Origin: Glaucostegus cemiculus
Taxonomy: Eukaryota
Assembly (NCBI GenBank): GCA_976551045.1
Contig: CDPCPM010000015.1
Coordinates: 1,984,001-2,048,000, forward strand
Reading direction: 5' to 3'
DNA length: 64,000 nt
Positions 12,845 through 26,167 of the stretch are shown here, one piece after another. The position numbers were made by a program, and so were the translations under genes. The stretch's first letter is position 1, and each line of letters starts with the position of its first letter. The notes beneath the pieces are model-generated. The model made no database searches and was not told the DNA's origin. It saw only the letters and a list, made by a program, of their open reading frames with translations.

Positions 12845-13860
12845 TGAGGGGCGATCTCATTCAAAAGTACAACATGTTTAAGGTGCTCAACGGCATAGAT
12901 GCAACGTTGCTGTTTCTCCTGGCTGCGATGTCTTGAACCAACAGTCACAGTTTCAAACTAAAGGGTCAGCCATTCAGGACTGAGATGAGAAGAAATTTCT
13001 TCCCCAGAAGCAAGTGAATCTCAGCAATTCTCTACCCCAAGAGCCTCTGTATATTCAGGACAGAGAACTGTAGGTATTGAGGGAATCAAAGGATAAAGGG
13101 TTAATATTGGAAAGGAGTACTGAGCTTGAGTTGGTAGAGCAGGAACTAGGGGCTGAATAGCCTAGTCCTGCTTCTAGTTCTTTGTGTTCCTGTTTCCAAT
13201 ATCTGATGTGTTTATGTTAATTAGTGACTACTTTATTGATATTGCATGAAAATTAAAGAGCTTGAACCTACAACCATTTTGCTCCAGAGACAAGACACTT
13301 CCCACTGAGCCCAGATGGTGTTCCAAGGGGTTCTGTGGTGTCAGGGATTGATGCAAGACCTTCTTTCACAACATGTACATAAAGCAGCCCAATGGTTAAA
13401 GGCAGTGTATCAAAACACACCAAAAGTCTTTAGCAATTTGGAGCTGGTGATAAGTTTGGCTGAGACTTGGGATCTGATGTCTAGACAGATGATCTTATCA
13501 TCCTCATGAAGGAAGAAAGTTCCTTTGGCTCCAGTATACTTTGTAGCGAATGGGACCATAAACACGTGGTTACCTCATACATTAAACATGAATATTGTGT
13601 CATGGAACCTTAAAGAGAAAGAATTCTTTGCAATTGATTCCTGGGATTGTTTACATGACTATTATTGGCTGAACATCCACAGAACTGATCCAGAGAACTA
13701 CCTTACTTGTTCATAAATTGGCAATTAAAATGTTACTGGGGCTTTAAAGAGTTAAGTTAAAATAAACAATTTTGCGTAAACACTAGCTTTTATTCCCTTG
13801 AGAGATAATTGACCAAGGTGTTTAAGAAGCATAAAGGAATTCAGTTTGTAGACATGGAGA
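12845..13860 (+). mobile_element. Old CR1-type LINE fragments (3' end at 12845-13190; decayed RT at 13317-13860)
   Basis: gaggggcgatctcatt..gagatgagaagaaatttctt CR1 motifs. GVPRGSV and NLELVISLAETWDLM resemble RT GVPQGSV and DL..L..WA..W.M. Confidence 0.6.
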
Positions 13861-15184
13861 GATCACACTGGGCTCAGCACAAGCCTTCCATTCCCCTCTC
13901 GTGGGATGCCCACAGTCATATCAACCACTTGAGGCCCAACAGTTCCCAATGTCCTGCTGGCCTTGTGGTTGGGATTGGTCTGCAAGACAGAGGGGTCTAT
14001 GAGCATCAACTGAGCCACAGGCAGTAAGAGCAAAGGCCCTGCCCTCTGCAATCCTGATGGCATCTGACAGGTGATGTGGTGTCAAAACACTTTGTTGCTC
14101 CAGATTTCCAGTGCCTGCAGTCTCTTGTGTCTGCCACTGTTTCTAAATGTCTTTGGTGATTCACTCACTCTACATATGGAAATTAATTACACACAATAAT
14201 ATCAATTAAAATAAAGTAAAATAAATTACCTTCACTGATCCTAATACTGATGGTCAGCAATCCTTTTAAATGATTGGGCCAGTATACTGTATATGTGCCA
14301 GTTGTGGCTGGCATAATGCTGGAGGGCCAGATGTGGTGCCTCCAGCCCCCCAATTCTGTTCATCATGGATCCACCCCTTGAATCTGGGGTTGACTAGGAG
14401 GTTGGGTGGCTGTCATCTGTCCTCCAGCATGTTCCATACTTCCATAAGCCCAGAGCACACTGACATGCACATTCCAGGTGGACGGGACTTCTACTGGGAA
14501 GAGGCAGCCAGCAGTCAACACTGCCCAGCCCAATATTTCCATTAGTGTGGCGTCATCAGTGGGGATTCCAGCGACTCGATTCAGAGAGCCTGAGAACTGT
14601 CTACCACAGAGGGTGGCTGGTCTTGAAGTCTTCAGGCTGCAGCTGAGATGTGTTGGGGGTCCATATGCTTTGCTACACACAGTGTGCTGAGCAGGTTGTT
14701 GCATGAGGGGACAGATAGCCAGAGGCTATCTTCCTACAACGGTGAGAGGAGGCCAAGTACTGTATTGACCTCCACCGCTTTACTCTATAGGTCATGGATC
14801 TCCATCAGAGGGAGCCAAGGGCGTAACAACACCTCAGAAAGACAGCACTTTGGCACTGCAGCATCCCATCAGTACTGCAGAAGATGGAGAGAGGGTAAGG
14901 AAGGCTCCCATTTCGAGGGGCAGTGAGAGAATTCCTGCCAGTGACCAAGAGATGAGACTCGGCTTTAACTCCATGATTATCCAGAAAGAGCAAGCAAATA
15001 AAGGGAAAAGATTCCAAGGGAATGCTAAGAAGAACAGGGGAGCAAGGAATTATGGTCAACTTCTCCTCCTCCTCCCCACTGGTATCCCCCCCCCCAGCTG
15101 TAGTGTTGAAGGCAGGCACTAGAACCAGGATTACCCACAGTTTGCCCTCATCAATGTCGAACAGATTACACACAGACTGGGCGA

Positions 15185-15850
15185 TGCATGTCCCACCCTC
15201 TTGGCCTTACCAGGAGGGAGTGTCCAGGTGTCTGGAGATAAAGGGAGTGATGGGTTAGAACTTAGTGAAATTGAGACTGAGAAATATCTTTGACTTTGCT
15301 AAAAGGGTGTGGAGACGGATGCAAGGGTCCTTGTCTCGGTTCATCCCAAGCAGCTGCGCAACAGATGATTCTAATCTACAGGCTGCTCCCAGGGACACAC
15401 ACACAGACGGATGTCAAGTGCTGCTGGAAGGTAATCAGCTCGGTGAAAGATGTGCCTTGGTCTGCCTGAAATTTGTTGGTCTTCCAGTATAATGAGATGT
15501 CTGTAAGGTAATGCTGCCAACTGGTACATTCCAGGCTGCCAGAGTACGTGCTGAGGATCGCACTGAAGCTCAGTGCAGCAAACGCAAGGGTTCTGTGGGG
15601 AAGGACCACAGTCTGGGCTCCTTCTGCTACTGGACAGAGAGGGGCTGAGTCACATGGGGAAACCCCTCAAACAAGGAAAGGGTGTATCACAGCAGGGGGC
15701 TACATGAGTGGCGATGGTGCTATCATTAAAAAAAGTGCTAACACTATTGAATATATTGGCCAAATGACACTAAGAATGTCGAGTTTTTTTCCCTCTTCTA
15801 TATATATTTTATTATGAATAAAGTTTATTTTTGAAATTAAAAATAAATCT
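15185..15850 (+). mobile_element. Tx1-like LINE 3' end
   Basis: FAKRVWRRMQGSLSRFIPSS, LWSA.NLLVFQ-like segment, EYVLRIALKLSAANARVLWGRTTV, then tgaataaagtttatttttgaaattaaaaataaa A-rich tail. Confidence 0.7.
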
Positions 15851-17559
15851 TAAAGCAGAGAAGGTCCTGCAGTGGGTTCTGCCTTTTCTCACTGCAGCCA
15901 CATGAAAGGACTGGTTGGCATCAGACCACTGGAGTGACTGGGGCTGGGAGAAAAGTCCCAGATGAAGGGTCTCGACGCGGAACGCCGACTGTCCATTTCC
16001 TGCACAGATGCTGCCTGACCTGCTGAGTTCCTCCAGAAGCTTGCTTATTGCCCCACTGGCAACTTATTTGTGATACCCGGCCTAAATCTGCAAGTGCCAA
16101 TAACCTCCCTTCAGCCCCAGAGCCCCGTCTTCTCCATTTGTGAGCTCAGGAGCCCGTATCATGGGTCTATGACCCAGTGTGCAGGAGGTTGAGTGTGATG
16201 GATCACAGAAATTTAAAGAGTAGCTTGTGGTTACCAACTGCCCTTCATAAAATTTTCTCTGACTCACTAAGCTCCTCACCACCTTTCCCAATGCCTCACG
16301 TGACTCTGTGCCAACCTTTGGTGTAAAAATGGGCTTACACGTAGCCAGTAATTCCACAGAGAAACAGAGACAGAATGAAATAATCATCGACAGAAAGACA
16401 GAGACAAAGAGGATGGAAAGTGAAAAAGTAGATGAGAGACCAAGTGGAAAAACTGACATGGAAAATCTTTAACTAACTGGCAATTACTTAATTTTCTCTC
16501 CATGAACCAAGAATGACTGGGATTTCTCTGATGTCATTGACAGAGTGAATACGATCCAAGTGCTTCAAGCCTTGTCCAAACTCGGGCTCGCTCTGCCTAC
16601 TCGCCCAGCTCAGTTGATCCAGATTCTGTGGACTTGACTTGTCTCAGACTTCTGTGCACATGGTTTGGTGTGGAAGTCCAAAGTGAGCTGACAGTCAGAT
16701 GCTGGCATGCATGACCTCTTCCTGCATCTTGGACTCACCAGTGAGATCACCAGTGGAGCACAGATGTGTGAGACAAGGGGCCAATGATGAGAGGCACCGC
16801 ATTAGCCTGTTAAAATAGATCCTTGAACCTAAGCTGGTTCTAAGTATTTTTATTTAATACTTTTAATCATTTGCTATCATTGTGAAGCATTCTTAATTAA
16901 TTTTAAAAAATCTTTTGCCAGCTTTTATTCTTGTTTTAATGAGGTAACACTATTGGACAGTTCCTAACTGGTTCTGCTTGTCAGAGCCATTCAAAGTCCA
17001 TCAGGGTGTGCCAGGGTGGGCTGCAGTATCTGCCATCTGAGGCCTAGTCTTTCCTCGCGGCCCACTCCTGCTCACCCAGTGCTTCTCAGGTATGGAGGAT
17101 CAACTTGGTCGACCCTCTGTATCCAGATCAGTGCAGGCGGGGAATCATCATGGCTGCCAATTCAGACTGGGCACCAAATCCAGGGCAAGGCTTCCATGGA
17201 TCAGCTTGGGAAATGCTCACTCCATTACATAAATCATTATTTTTTTATGGTTGAAGACTGAAACTATTGCTATAACATTTTTCCATGAGATTTTTTTTGC
17301 TTGTTTCCTTTTACTTTACCTTCACTTTCTGTCTTCCTCTGTCACTATTTTATTATTTCTCAGTTTTGGTTTCAAACTTTTTTTTAATGATTCTTTTTTC
17401 TCTTTTCTCATCTTTCTTTATTCCGCGCTCCCTCTCTCACTTTGTCTCTGATTTCTTTGTTTCCTTCCTTCTTTCAGTTTCCTCTCTTTCTATTCTTCCT
17501 CGATCTCTCTTCTGCCCGGTTTCTGGGTTTTATGTGTTTCATTTCTGTACACGTAACAG

Positions 17560-17710
17560 TCGACATTGGCTGCCCCACACCACTCCCTTGCAGCTGTCAT
17601 CACCGCGATGTGGACCAAACAAGGGAAGATTCTCACAGGCACCCAGAAGAGCGATTACTCATTCTGAAGAGACTCAACACTCTGGTAAATTACTACAATT
17701 ACAGCAAGAG
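17560..17710 (+). other. Candidate exon of an unidentified plus-strand gene
   Basis: About 280-nt pyrimidine tract, then aacag| 151 nt open (VDIGCPTPLPCSCHHRDVDQTREDSHRHPEERLLILKRLNTLVNYYNYSK) |gtaagg. Confidence 0.45.
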
Positions 17711-18329
17711 GTAAGGGAGGTTTGTGGAGGATTCTTATCAACAAACTCCGGTCCTAAACAACAAATGAAGTTATGACAACTGGCGATCGAAAGCTGCAGT
17801 CTAATTCGGTGTGAAGGTTCCTGTCGGTTTTCAGCTTATATTTTATAAAGAGAAACACAATGCTCGCCCATTAACGTAACATCTTCTGCACAGGAAGTAA
17901 CTGCTGGCGTGGAGCAAGGTGGTTAACTAACCAATCACATCAACCTGCATTTGTACAGTGGGGACTCAAGAGACTGCAGATACTGGAATCTGGAGCAACA
18001 AACAAAGTACTTGAGGAACAGTGGGTCAGGAAACATCTTCCTCTCATAATCTGCAGCCCTTTGTTGCCTCCACCTATCACCTCGTAGCCGCTGTCCCTAT
18101 TTCTACCCTTCCCCCCTCCATCTACCAATCATCCCTCCTCCCTTGGTCTCAACTATCGCTTGCCAACTCTTGCCCTACCCCTCCCTCTCACATTATACAG
18201 GTCTGAACCCGAAACGTTGACTGTCCATTTCTGAAAAACCAGAGAGTGATGCTGCAGATGCTACATCCCATCATCACGTCTGTGCTGAGCCACAGTGAGC
18301 TACTTCACAACCAAGAGGGGATTTAAGCC

Positions 18330-19000
18330 GAATCCTTTGGAGGCAGTTCCAAAAAGGTTTATTCAGTTGAATCCTGGGATGAAGAGGAGAGGAAATGTTG
18401 AGCAGGTTGTGTCCATATTCATGAGGGATGATCATATTGAGAGATATAAGATTCTGTGGGGGTTTGACAGGGTAGACGTTGAAAGGATGTTTCCCATTGT
18501 AGGGAATCTAGTACTTGGGCCATTGCTTCAGAATAATTTTTCCAGAGGTTTGTGAATTCAGAGAGCTGTGGTGCTAGAATCATTGAATACATTCAAGGCT
18601 GAGATTTTCAATCTTTTTGGCAGTCAATAATTATTGGGAACCTTTAGATTTAAAGATTTAAATTTTATTTACAGCCTTTTTGGCCCAACGAGTCCGCGCC
18701 GCCCATTTTAAACCCCCAAATTAACCTACCCGTATGTCTTTCAGAATGTGGGAGGAAACCGGAGCACCCGGAGGAAACCCACACAGACATGGGAGAACGT
18801 ACAAACTCCTTACAGTCAGCGATGGGAATCGAACCCCAATCGCTGGCGCTGTAACAGCGTCGCGCTAACCGCTACACTATCGTGCTGCCCACTTTAGGAA
18901 AGTGGAGTTGAGGCCAAGATCAGAACAACAAAGATCTTGTTGAATGACGGGATAAGTTTGAGGGCTGAATGGCTTTCATCTGCTCCTGTTTCTGATGTCC
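18330..19000 (+). mobile_element. Decayed CR1 3' end split by a SINE insertion
   Basis: LEAVPKRFIQLNPGMK..RDDHIERYKILWGFDRVDVERMFP; tail gggctgaatggc at about 18962. Confidence 0.8.
18645..18890 (-). mobile_element. V-domain SINE with a different, CR1-like tail
   Basis: Same head and V-core, CpG-rich (young), but the tail reads gggcggcgcggactcgttgggccaaaaaggctgtaaataaaa on the minus strand. Confidence 0.85.
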
Positions 19001-20559
19001 TTTTAGTCGATCATCTTTCCAAGTCATATGTTCAAAGCAGGCACATTGATGTTTAGGGTCTGTGTGTCACTGGTCAGGGGACTAAAAGAGGGAGCCTCAG
19101 CATTGAGTCCCTGCTCCTGACTGCGGGAGGTGGGCAAGTAGTTGCTGAGTGAGGCCAGATTTGACACTATTTGGCTTCCACGGCCAAATAGCCTTCTTGT
19201 CCTCAGTGCTTAGGTAACTTCAACACAGCACAGGAGGGCAATCAGTCACTGCTGCTCTCTAGATTTACAGTAAGTTAAAGAAGAAAATTGACAATTTTCA
19301 TCAGAAATTACTCATACAGAAAGAAATAGATTAGCAACACATTTCTTCTAAGAAAGAGACATCAATTTCATGTGGATTGAATAAATAAGAGCTGCCAATC
19401 TTCAGTGAAAGAAAACGTGACATTGAAAAGCTAATGAGGCTTTCTGGTAATGATGAAGAATGGTTGAAGAGGTAATTAGTCCCTCATTATCCTCTTCAAT
19501 TAACAGTTATTTTCAGAAGCTGAACCTATGCCAGCTCCTAATGAATTGTCTATATCTGTCACTCGCAGCATGAAGTCCATATAGTTCCCACATACAGTCC
19601 TGTGCTTACAATACAAAATTGAATAATCTGTTTGGGAACGAACCAGCAACAACCTGAATTTGAATAGTACCTTTGACACAGCAGTACCCTTCAAGATATG
19701 ACCCAGAATATCAGTGGGCAAAATTTGTCTCTGAGCCACATAAGGAGGTTCAAGAACCACTGACTGTAATTTTGCTCAAAGAAATCTGGTCTAAGGAGCA
19801 TCTGAGAGGAGAGAGTTGGGGAGTGAATTCCAGAGGTGAAGCAGGGTCACCAGTGGTAACCAACTGTCAGAGTGTGATTGGACAAAAATTGACCAAAGAA
19901 GGAAGGGTTAGGTCAGATGACAAATTCAGACAAAGGGATAGGTTATGGTGTTTTTGAAAAGAGCAACTGCAATCTCATCAGTAAGCTGGGGCCAATATTT
20001 CTCTCTTACTGATCATTACTAAAACCAATGATTTGGTCATTATCACGTTACTGTTTGAGGGGAATTGCTCTGTGCTCATTCAATGCCACATTTCCTGTGT
20101 TTAGGGAGCCTGTAGATATTGCAAATCCATCTGCTTATTCTTATATTAACGTAGCAAAACATGGCAAAATATATCGTGGGAGTGTTGTCAGACAAGATCT
20201 GACTCGGAGCCACTGAAGGTGATGTTAGGCCAGGTGACCAAATGTGTAGTCCAAGATGAAGCTGCTAAAAGGAACAGGGAGGAAGTGGAAAAGTTGGGGA
20301 GGGAGGAGGATTTCCAGAGCTTGAGGAGAACATGCATACATCTGGCCACACACATGCAAGTGAAGGCATAGCTGCCAGTGGCAAGTTATCAAAAATAAGG
20401 ATGATCAAGAGGTCAGAACTAGGGAAGTGCGGAGATCTCCAAGAAATGGAGTTACTGGAGCAGGAGTAAAGATATGGCAAGAAAAGAGACTTGAAAGGGA
20501 TTTGAACACAAGCATGAATCAGTGTCCATAGATGAGAGCAGAGAAACCAGCAGTCCAAA

Positions 20560-20745
20560 TGCACACACACAAGCACACACATGCATGTGCACACATGCAC
20601 TCACACATGTATGTGCACACACTTACTCATACCTATGCACAGCCACGTGCATACATATGCACACACATGCACAGACATGCACACATGTACATACATACCC
20701 ACATACACAAAAGCACAGACACAATGCACATACATGCACAAACAC
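20560..20745. repeat. Degenerate (CA)n/(CATG) low-complexity tract
   Basis: cacacatgcatgtgcacacatgc... Confidence 0.9.
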
Positions 20746-23441
20746 TTTTCTAATGCAGGTCAGCATCAATTCTCCTGGCAGCTGTTCTATTCTCAAGTGC
20801 AGTAAAGTATAATGAGCACAAATTGTAAAAGCCATGTTTGCAGCACCAAGAATGCCAATTTATTAATAATACAAACCAACCTGACTGTTCACAGTAATTG
20901 GTAACTGCTTTCCTTCAGACTAATCCCCTCTTTCTCCAGCACTCAATCAATTCAAGTGTTTCCAAGGCCTATGTCCAACTGCCTTCTCAAAGCATAATTT
21001 CTATCAGCACTCAGTCATTCTCACTGAGGCTGATTCTGCAGTAAGACTCACCCTGGAAGATTTTAATAGCTCTCTCTATAGCAATAATTCTCCACTCCAT
21101 GGGCACCTTGTCACCTCCAAGATCCACACCCACAGACAAATGTCACTGAATCCCTGGTTCATTACCCTTTAATTTTCTATTTCCTACATTTAAAAAAAAT
21201 ATGTGAGTGCATATTCTTCTGGTTGTGTTCAACTCTACCATTAATGTTGGTATCTTACTGTGAAAGTGTTGCTGATTTATTTCTGCAATATCACATTTTC
21301 TGATTCCTTACTAAAATGTCAGAGTTTGTGGTTTATTACTGTGAGTCTGGTTATTTCTTATCTAATCCAAGCTGGACCAAACCTAAAAGGGCTTTGACAG
21401 GACAATGTGGGGTAAACTTTCTGTTTAATGTGGACTTCTGTGTTAATGTTGCTGGTAAATCGACAGTGGGTCCATCATATTCCGTGAGACTATTTTAAAG
21501 AAGAGCAGGGATGCTCCTGTCATGCCTGGCCAAAGTTTATCCCTGAGCCAGCCTCAACGAGGAATAGAACTCTTTTGTTCCTTTAGCAGATGGCATGTTG
21601 TTGGCAAAGCTGTAACACCAATCTGTAATTGCCCTGAGGGAGGTCACTAACACTTCAGAGGGCAGATAGGAGCCAACAACATTGCTGAATGACTGGGGTT
21701 TCATACAGGCCAAAACTGGATAAGGATGGCAGATTTCTGTCCCTGATGAACACTTAGTGCCGGGTGGGATGTTACCCCGACCCAGTGATTTCACAGTCCA
21801 CATTACTGACCAACTTAATCAACTGAATTTAAATCTCCATCTGTAGCCCTGTGACAACCAGGTGTGTTGTCCATTTTGGAAGGGCTGATGGCAGCCTGGA
21901 CTTGCATGTGCTAACAATCATCAACATACTGGGCTTGATGTTGTGGTCGTGAATCCATCTTAAGTTGGGGAGGATCTGACGTGGCTGATTATCTCCTCTC
22001 CCCTTCATCTGGTGAAGGAGGTTTGATGACACGATGGAGATTGCAGGTGCTGGCATCTGGAGCCAAAAACAAGGAACCCAGTGGGTCAGGCAGCATGCAT
22101 AGAGGGAAATGGACAGAATCCATTTTGGAATGAGATCTTTCATCTGGACTGGTCTTCTGTCAATGGAATATATACAGCATTTCCCTCTGTGGAAGCTACT
22201 TGATCTGCTGAGTTGCTCCAGTAATTTGTTTATTTGCTCCTGTACCTGTTGATCTTGTACATGTGAATGTACCAATTAGTACCAGGGGTAGGCCACTCGG
22301 CCCCTCAGTTGTCTCTGATCATCAGTCCAAGAGGCTAAATTACTATCCCAGTGACATATCCACAGGGGCACTATGCCCATATCACATTTCCATTTATGGG
22401 ATCTCACTGTGTCCAACTTGTCTGCTACATTTCAGTGGCTAAGCTTCCAAATGGACTTTATTACATATTAAACCGTTTGGGACCTCCTGAGATCAGGAAA
22501 GGCCCCACTGAGGTCACTTTAACTAACTATCTTTAGGTTGGGTGAACCTGACCTCTCTTTCCCAGCACTATATGGGTCACCTTACCCACTGCCTGTGGGA
22601 GGCAGACAGCCACGTCCTAACATTCATGCCACTGGTTACAGGCAGGATATGAACAAACCTGCAACCCTGTGAGGAACCCTGGTCCATTAAAGCTGGCAGC
22701 TGGGCTATATGCTTCTATGATATGTTGCCTGTGGTTAACAATTTTCTGTCACTTGCTCAGTAAGATGAACCCTTGCAATGCTGCTATGCTGTCCTGCAGC
22801 CTATAAACCAGGCTACAAAGTTACAACAATGACAGCAGAAGAGAAGCAATAGTAAACATTTCTAAATCACTGGTCTAGTCCCAGTTGGAGAATTGCGTCT
22901 GAAGTCGGGGTCCCATATGAGATGAAGGACAGACAGGCTCTGTAGGATTATCCCATTACGGAAATCAAAAATCACACCACTGGCGCTTTCCCTCTTCCCA
23001 CCCTTAGAACTTTTACTGTTTTAATCCACCTCCTTTTAACTTCCAGAAAACGTTCATTGCTCAATTTCCCCAGCCCCACTAATTTGCATATTTATATTGC
23101 TGACAGCAATATCTATTCATGCAACTGCTTCTATGCAATAAACCAGTCACAGAACTCCAGGTTAAGTGTAATTATCCAGTGAGAACAAAACTGCAGAGTT
23201 TCTGGACAGTCCCTGACCTTTTGTCCTGCTGTTCATTATACAATACATGTTGGGAGTCAAGTTATTCCGGAAAGTGGCGCTGACATAAATACCTTATTGA
23301 ATGAGGGAGCAGGTATGAGGGGCCAAACATTCTGCTCCTGTTTCAACCCTGTGAGGACCACAGGCTATACTTATGCTATAGTCGGTGTGGTCTTGGTAGC
23401 CGGAGGCTGTTTCTCTGTTCTCTGACTCTGTGCCTATGCCT

Positions 23442-23605
23442 AAGTCAAAGTCGAGTTTATTGTCATCTGCACAAGTACATGTGTGCGCAGGTGCAATGAA
23501 AAACTTACTTGCAGCAGCATCACAGGCACTTAACATCAGACAAGCAGCATTCACAAGAAAATCATAAATTATACAAATTTTTTACAAGAAAGAACACAAT
23601 AAGAA
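23442..23605 (-). mobile_element. Rex1-type LINE 3' tail only; second copy at 49170-49390
   Basis: aagtcaaagtcgagtttattgtcat...gcagcatcacaggca...cattcacaagaaaa is shared with 49170-49390. Confidence 0.7.
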
Positions 23606-24793
23606 AAAATCCTCTATAACTTATAGCAAAAACTGAAACCAAGGGAAATACACCTACCAAGTTGACCCCTGTAGAGAATAGACAATGTTGTGCACCTTCC
23701 AAACTGAATATAAACAGTGATGGCTGCAAAGTAGTATTGCATGCTGCCTAAAAGCTGTGAGCAGCGAAGTCAGATCCTCATTGGATGGAAGTTTTGTGTA
23801 TCTTTAGTATTAAACAGATGGCAAAAAGTAATTTTATAAAATAGGTGCCTAAAGGACATAGTGATAATGCAAATAAGCAAGTAGTTTCTTAGTCAAATTG
23901 TTTTTTGCGCGAAATATTTTACTTGCAAAGATGCTTGAATCTAATAAAATCCAGTGTTGTGAGAATCTACACTTCCCCCACTGCCTAGCACTGGGTCCCA
24001 GGCCCATTCTGCCCTTGCTGAAGCAGATCTCTCGCACCATTCCCCACACATGCATCAGCACTGCCCAGAATGCTGGTAGATTCACAGGAGCTCAACAAGG
24101 GTCTGAAGTCCGGGACACTTCCACCCAGCCAACAGCTCTCACTTACGCTTTTTATCCGGCTTATTGACCTCTTCCCTTTAAGCATCTGTAGGTGCACTTA
24201 CAATCCAAATGGAGGCCATTTGGCCCATTGGATTATGCTGGCTTCCAGCAGGGATATCCCAGCAGTCCCATTCCTCCCACATTACTTCCCTGCACCCTGC
24301 AATTTATTCTCTTTCACTTGCCCATCAAATCCCCTTTGATTTTTTTTTGCCATTTACCAATACCAAGGGGTAATTTACAATAGCTAATTAACCTTCCAGC
24401 CTGCCTTTAACAGCTGAGAGAAAACTGGAGCAGTGGGTGTAAATCTATGCCATCAGAGGGAGAATGCAAGAACTCCACACAGACAATACCAGAGGTCAGG
24501 ATCGAACCGGGGTCTTTGGAGCTGTGAGACAACAGCACTAAATGTTGCGCCACTGTACATGTTACCCTCCAAGGTCTCTCTGTTCCTCTATTCCAATCAA
24601 TATCCTCCCATATGTTGTGCTTTCCCTTATTTTGTTACATCTCCCCAGCTGTATTACCTCACACTTCTCTGGATGAAATTCCACTTGCCTCTTGGGAACC
24701 CCAGTCATATACCATCCAGCCCTGGAAATACATCACCCATACCTTGATCAGCACTGGGTCCAAACCCTGGAATTCCCTCTGCAACAGACCAGA

Positions 24794-24806
24794 CCACCAG
24801 AGGGCA
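24794..24806 (+). promoter_or_regulatory. CTCF-like core motif
   Basis: gaCCACCAGAGGGCAtc matches the CCACYAGRGGGCR consensus. Confidence 0.5.
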
Positions 24807-26167
24807 TCATTGGCTGGGTTATTGACAGATAATCATTGTCAATGATGTTGAGGGACAGTTGTCAGCCAGGTGCTGAGGGTAGGCTTGAAATTGTTCTGTA
24901 TAAAATTATTTTACAAAGGGCCAGCAGTTAGGATCATAACCGGCACATGTTTCTTGTGGGAGCTTGGTGTGTATAAATTGTCTTTAGTAATTCCCTACAT
25001 TGCAACAGTGACTAAACCTTGAGAGTATTTGATTGGCTGTGAGACACATTGGATATATATCATGCTGGCATGATATATATCCAAAGCCTTTTATATGACA
25101 TATACAAGATGAAGAATGAGGTCTTTAAAGCATTCAGTCTTCAAACACAACAGAATGCAGAGGTGTTCACACTGTCTCTGACACCCTGCCTTTCATCAGA
25201 CACTCTGTGACCTGCTGGTGAATTATTCAGCCTGTTATGAGCACAAGGTCCTTGCAAATCATCAAGATCAGTAAACTGGCAGGAGAGGTTTTAACAAGAC
25301 CTCCTTAATCTGCAAGCAAATCATTCCCTGTGTGACTTTGCCAACATATTAGAAATTACACAGTGAGAACTGTGGGAATACAGACCAAGATTTTTCTAAA
25401 ATGTAAAATATTGCTTTGATTTATTGGAACAAAGGAAACAATTTTCTTTATAAATCCATCCACCATCCCCAGCACATCACAAAGTGCTTAACAGACAATA
25501 AAATGTTTGAAATTCAAGAAATGCAGCACCCTGTCTATGCATGGAAGATCCCACAAGCACCAGGTTAATCTAAAATTATAGAACCATGGAAAATTTACAA
25601 CATAATAGAAAGACATTCGGCCCATTGTGTCTGTGCTAGTCGAGAAAGAGCTCCCCACCCTAATCACACTCTCCAGCCCTTGGTCCCACACTCTGCACCT
25701 CCCAACTCCCCCTGTTTAAATGTGGTGAAGAGTTCTGTCTCTATTACCGTATCTGGCAGTGAGTTCATATCCAGGCTCCCACAACCTCCAAGTCAAAACT
25801 TGTGTCATATCTCCTCTCTAATTCTTCTACCAATTCTTTTAATTTTATGCCCATTGGTTTTTAATCCCACTGACAAGAGAAATAAATCCTTCTATTGACT
25901 CTAGCTAAGACCTATATTTTCCTCAGCCTCCTCTGTTTGAAAGAAGAAAACCATTCAATCCATTTTACACTCCTTGCTACAATTTTCCACAGCTGACAAC
26001 ATCCATGTAAATCTCTTCTGCGCCCTTTCCAGTGCAATCACATCGTTCCTGCAATGCGGTGATTAGAGCTGCACGCAGTGCACAAACTATTGCCTAATTA
26101 GTGTTGTATACAGTTCTAGATAACCTCCCTGCCCTTCTATACCTCTGCAAATAAAGCAAAATATCTA

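Noticed and set aside
13315-13716. 134-codon frame with a single TGA (possible readthrough/selenocysteine or novel gene)
   Set aside because: Contains GVPRGSV (adjacent frame), LELVISLAETWDLM and YFVANG, which match decayed CR1/L2 reverse transcriptase. No SECIS or splice support seen.
14270-15173. Cluster of about 100-aa ORFs on both strands
   Set aside because: Adjacent to the Tx1-like 3' end and probably decayed TE sequence; no motif I can assign.
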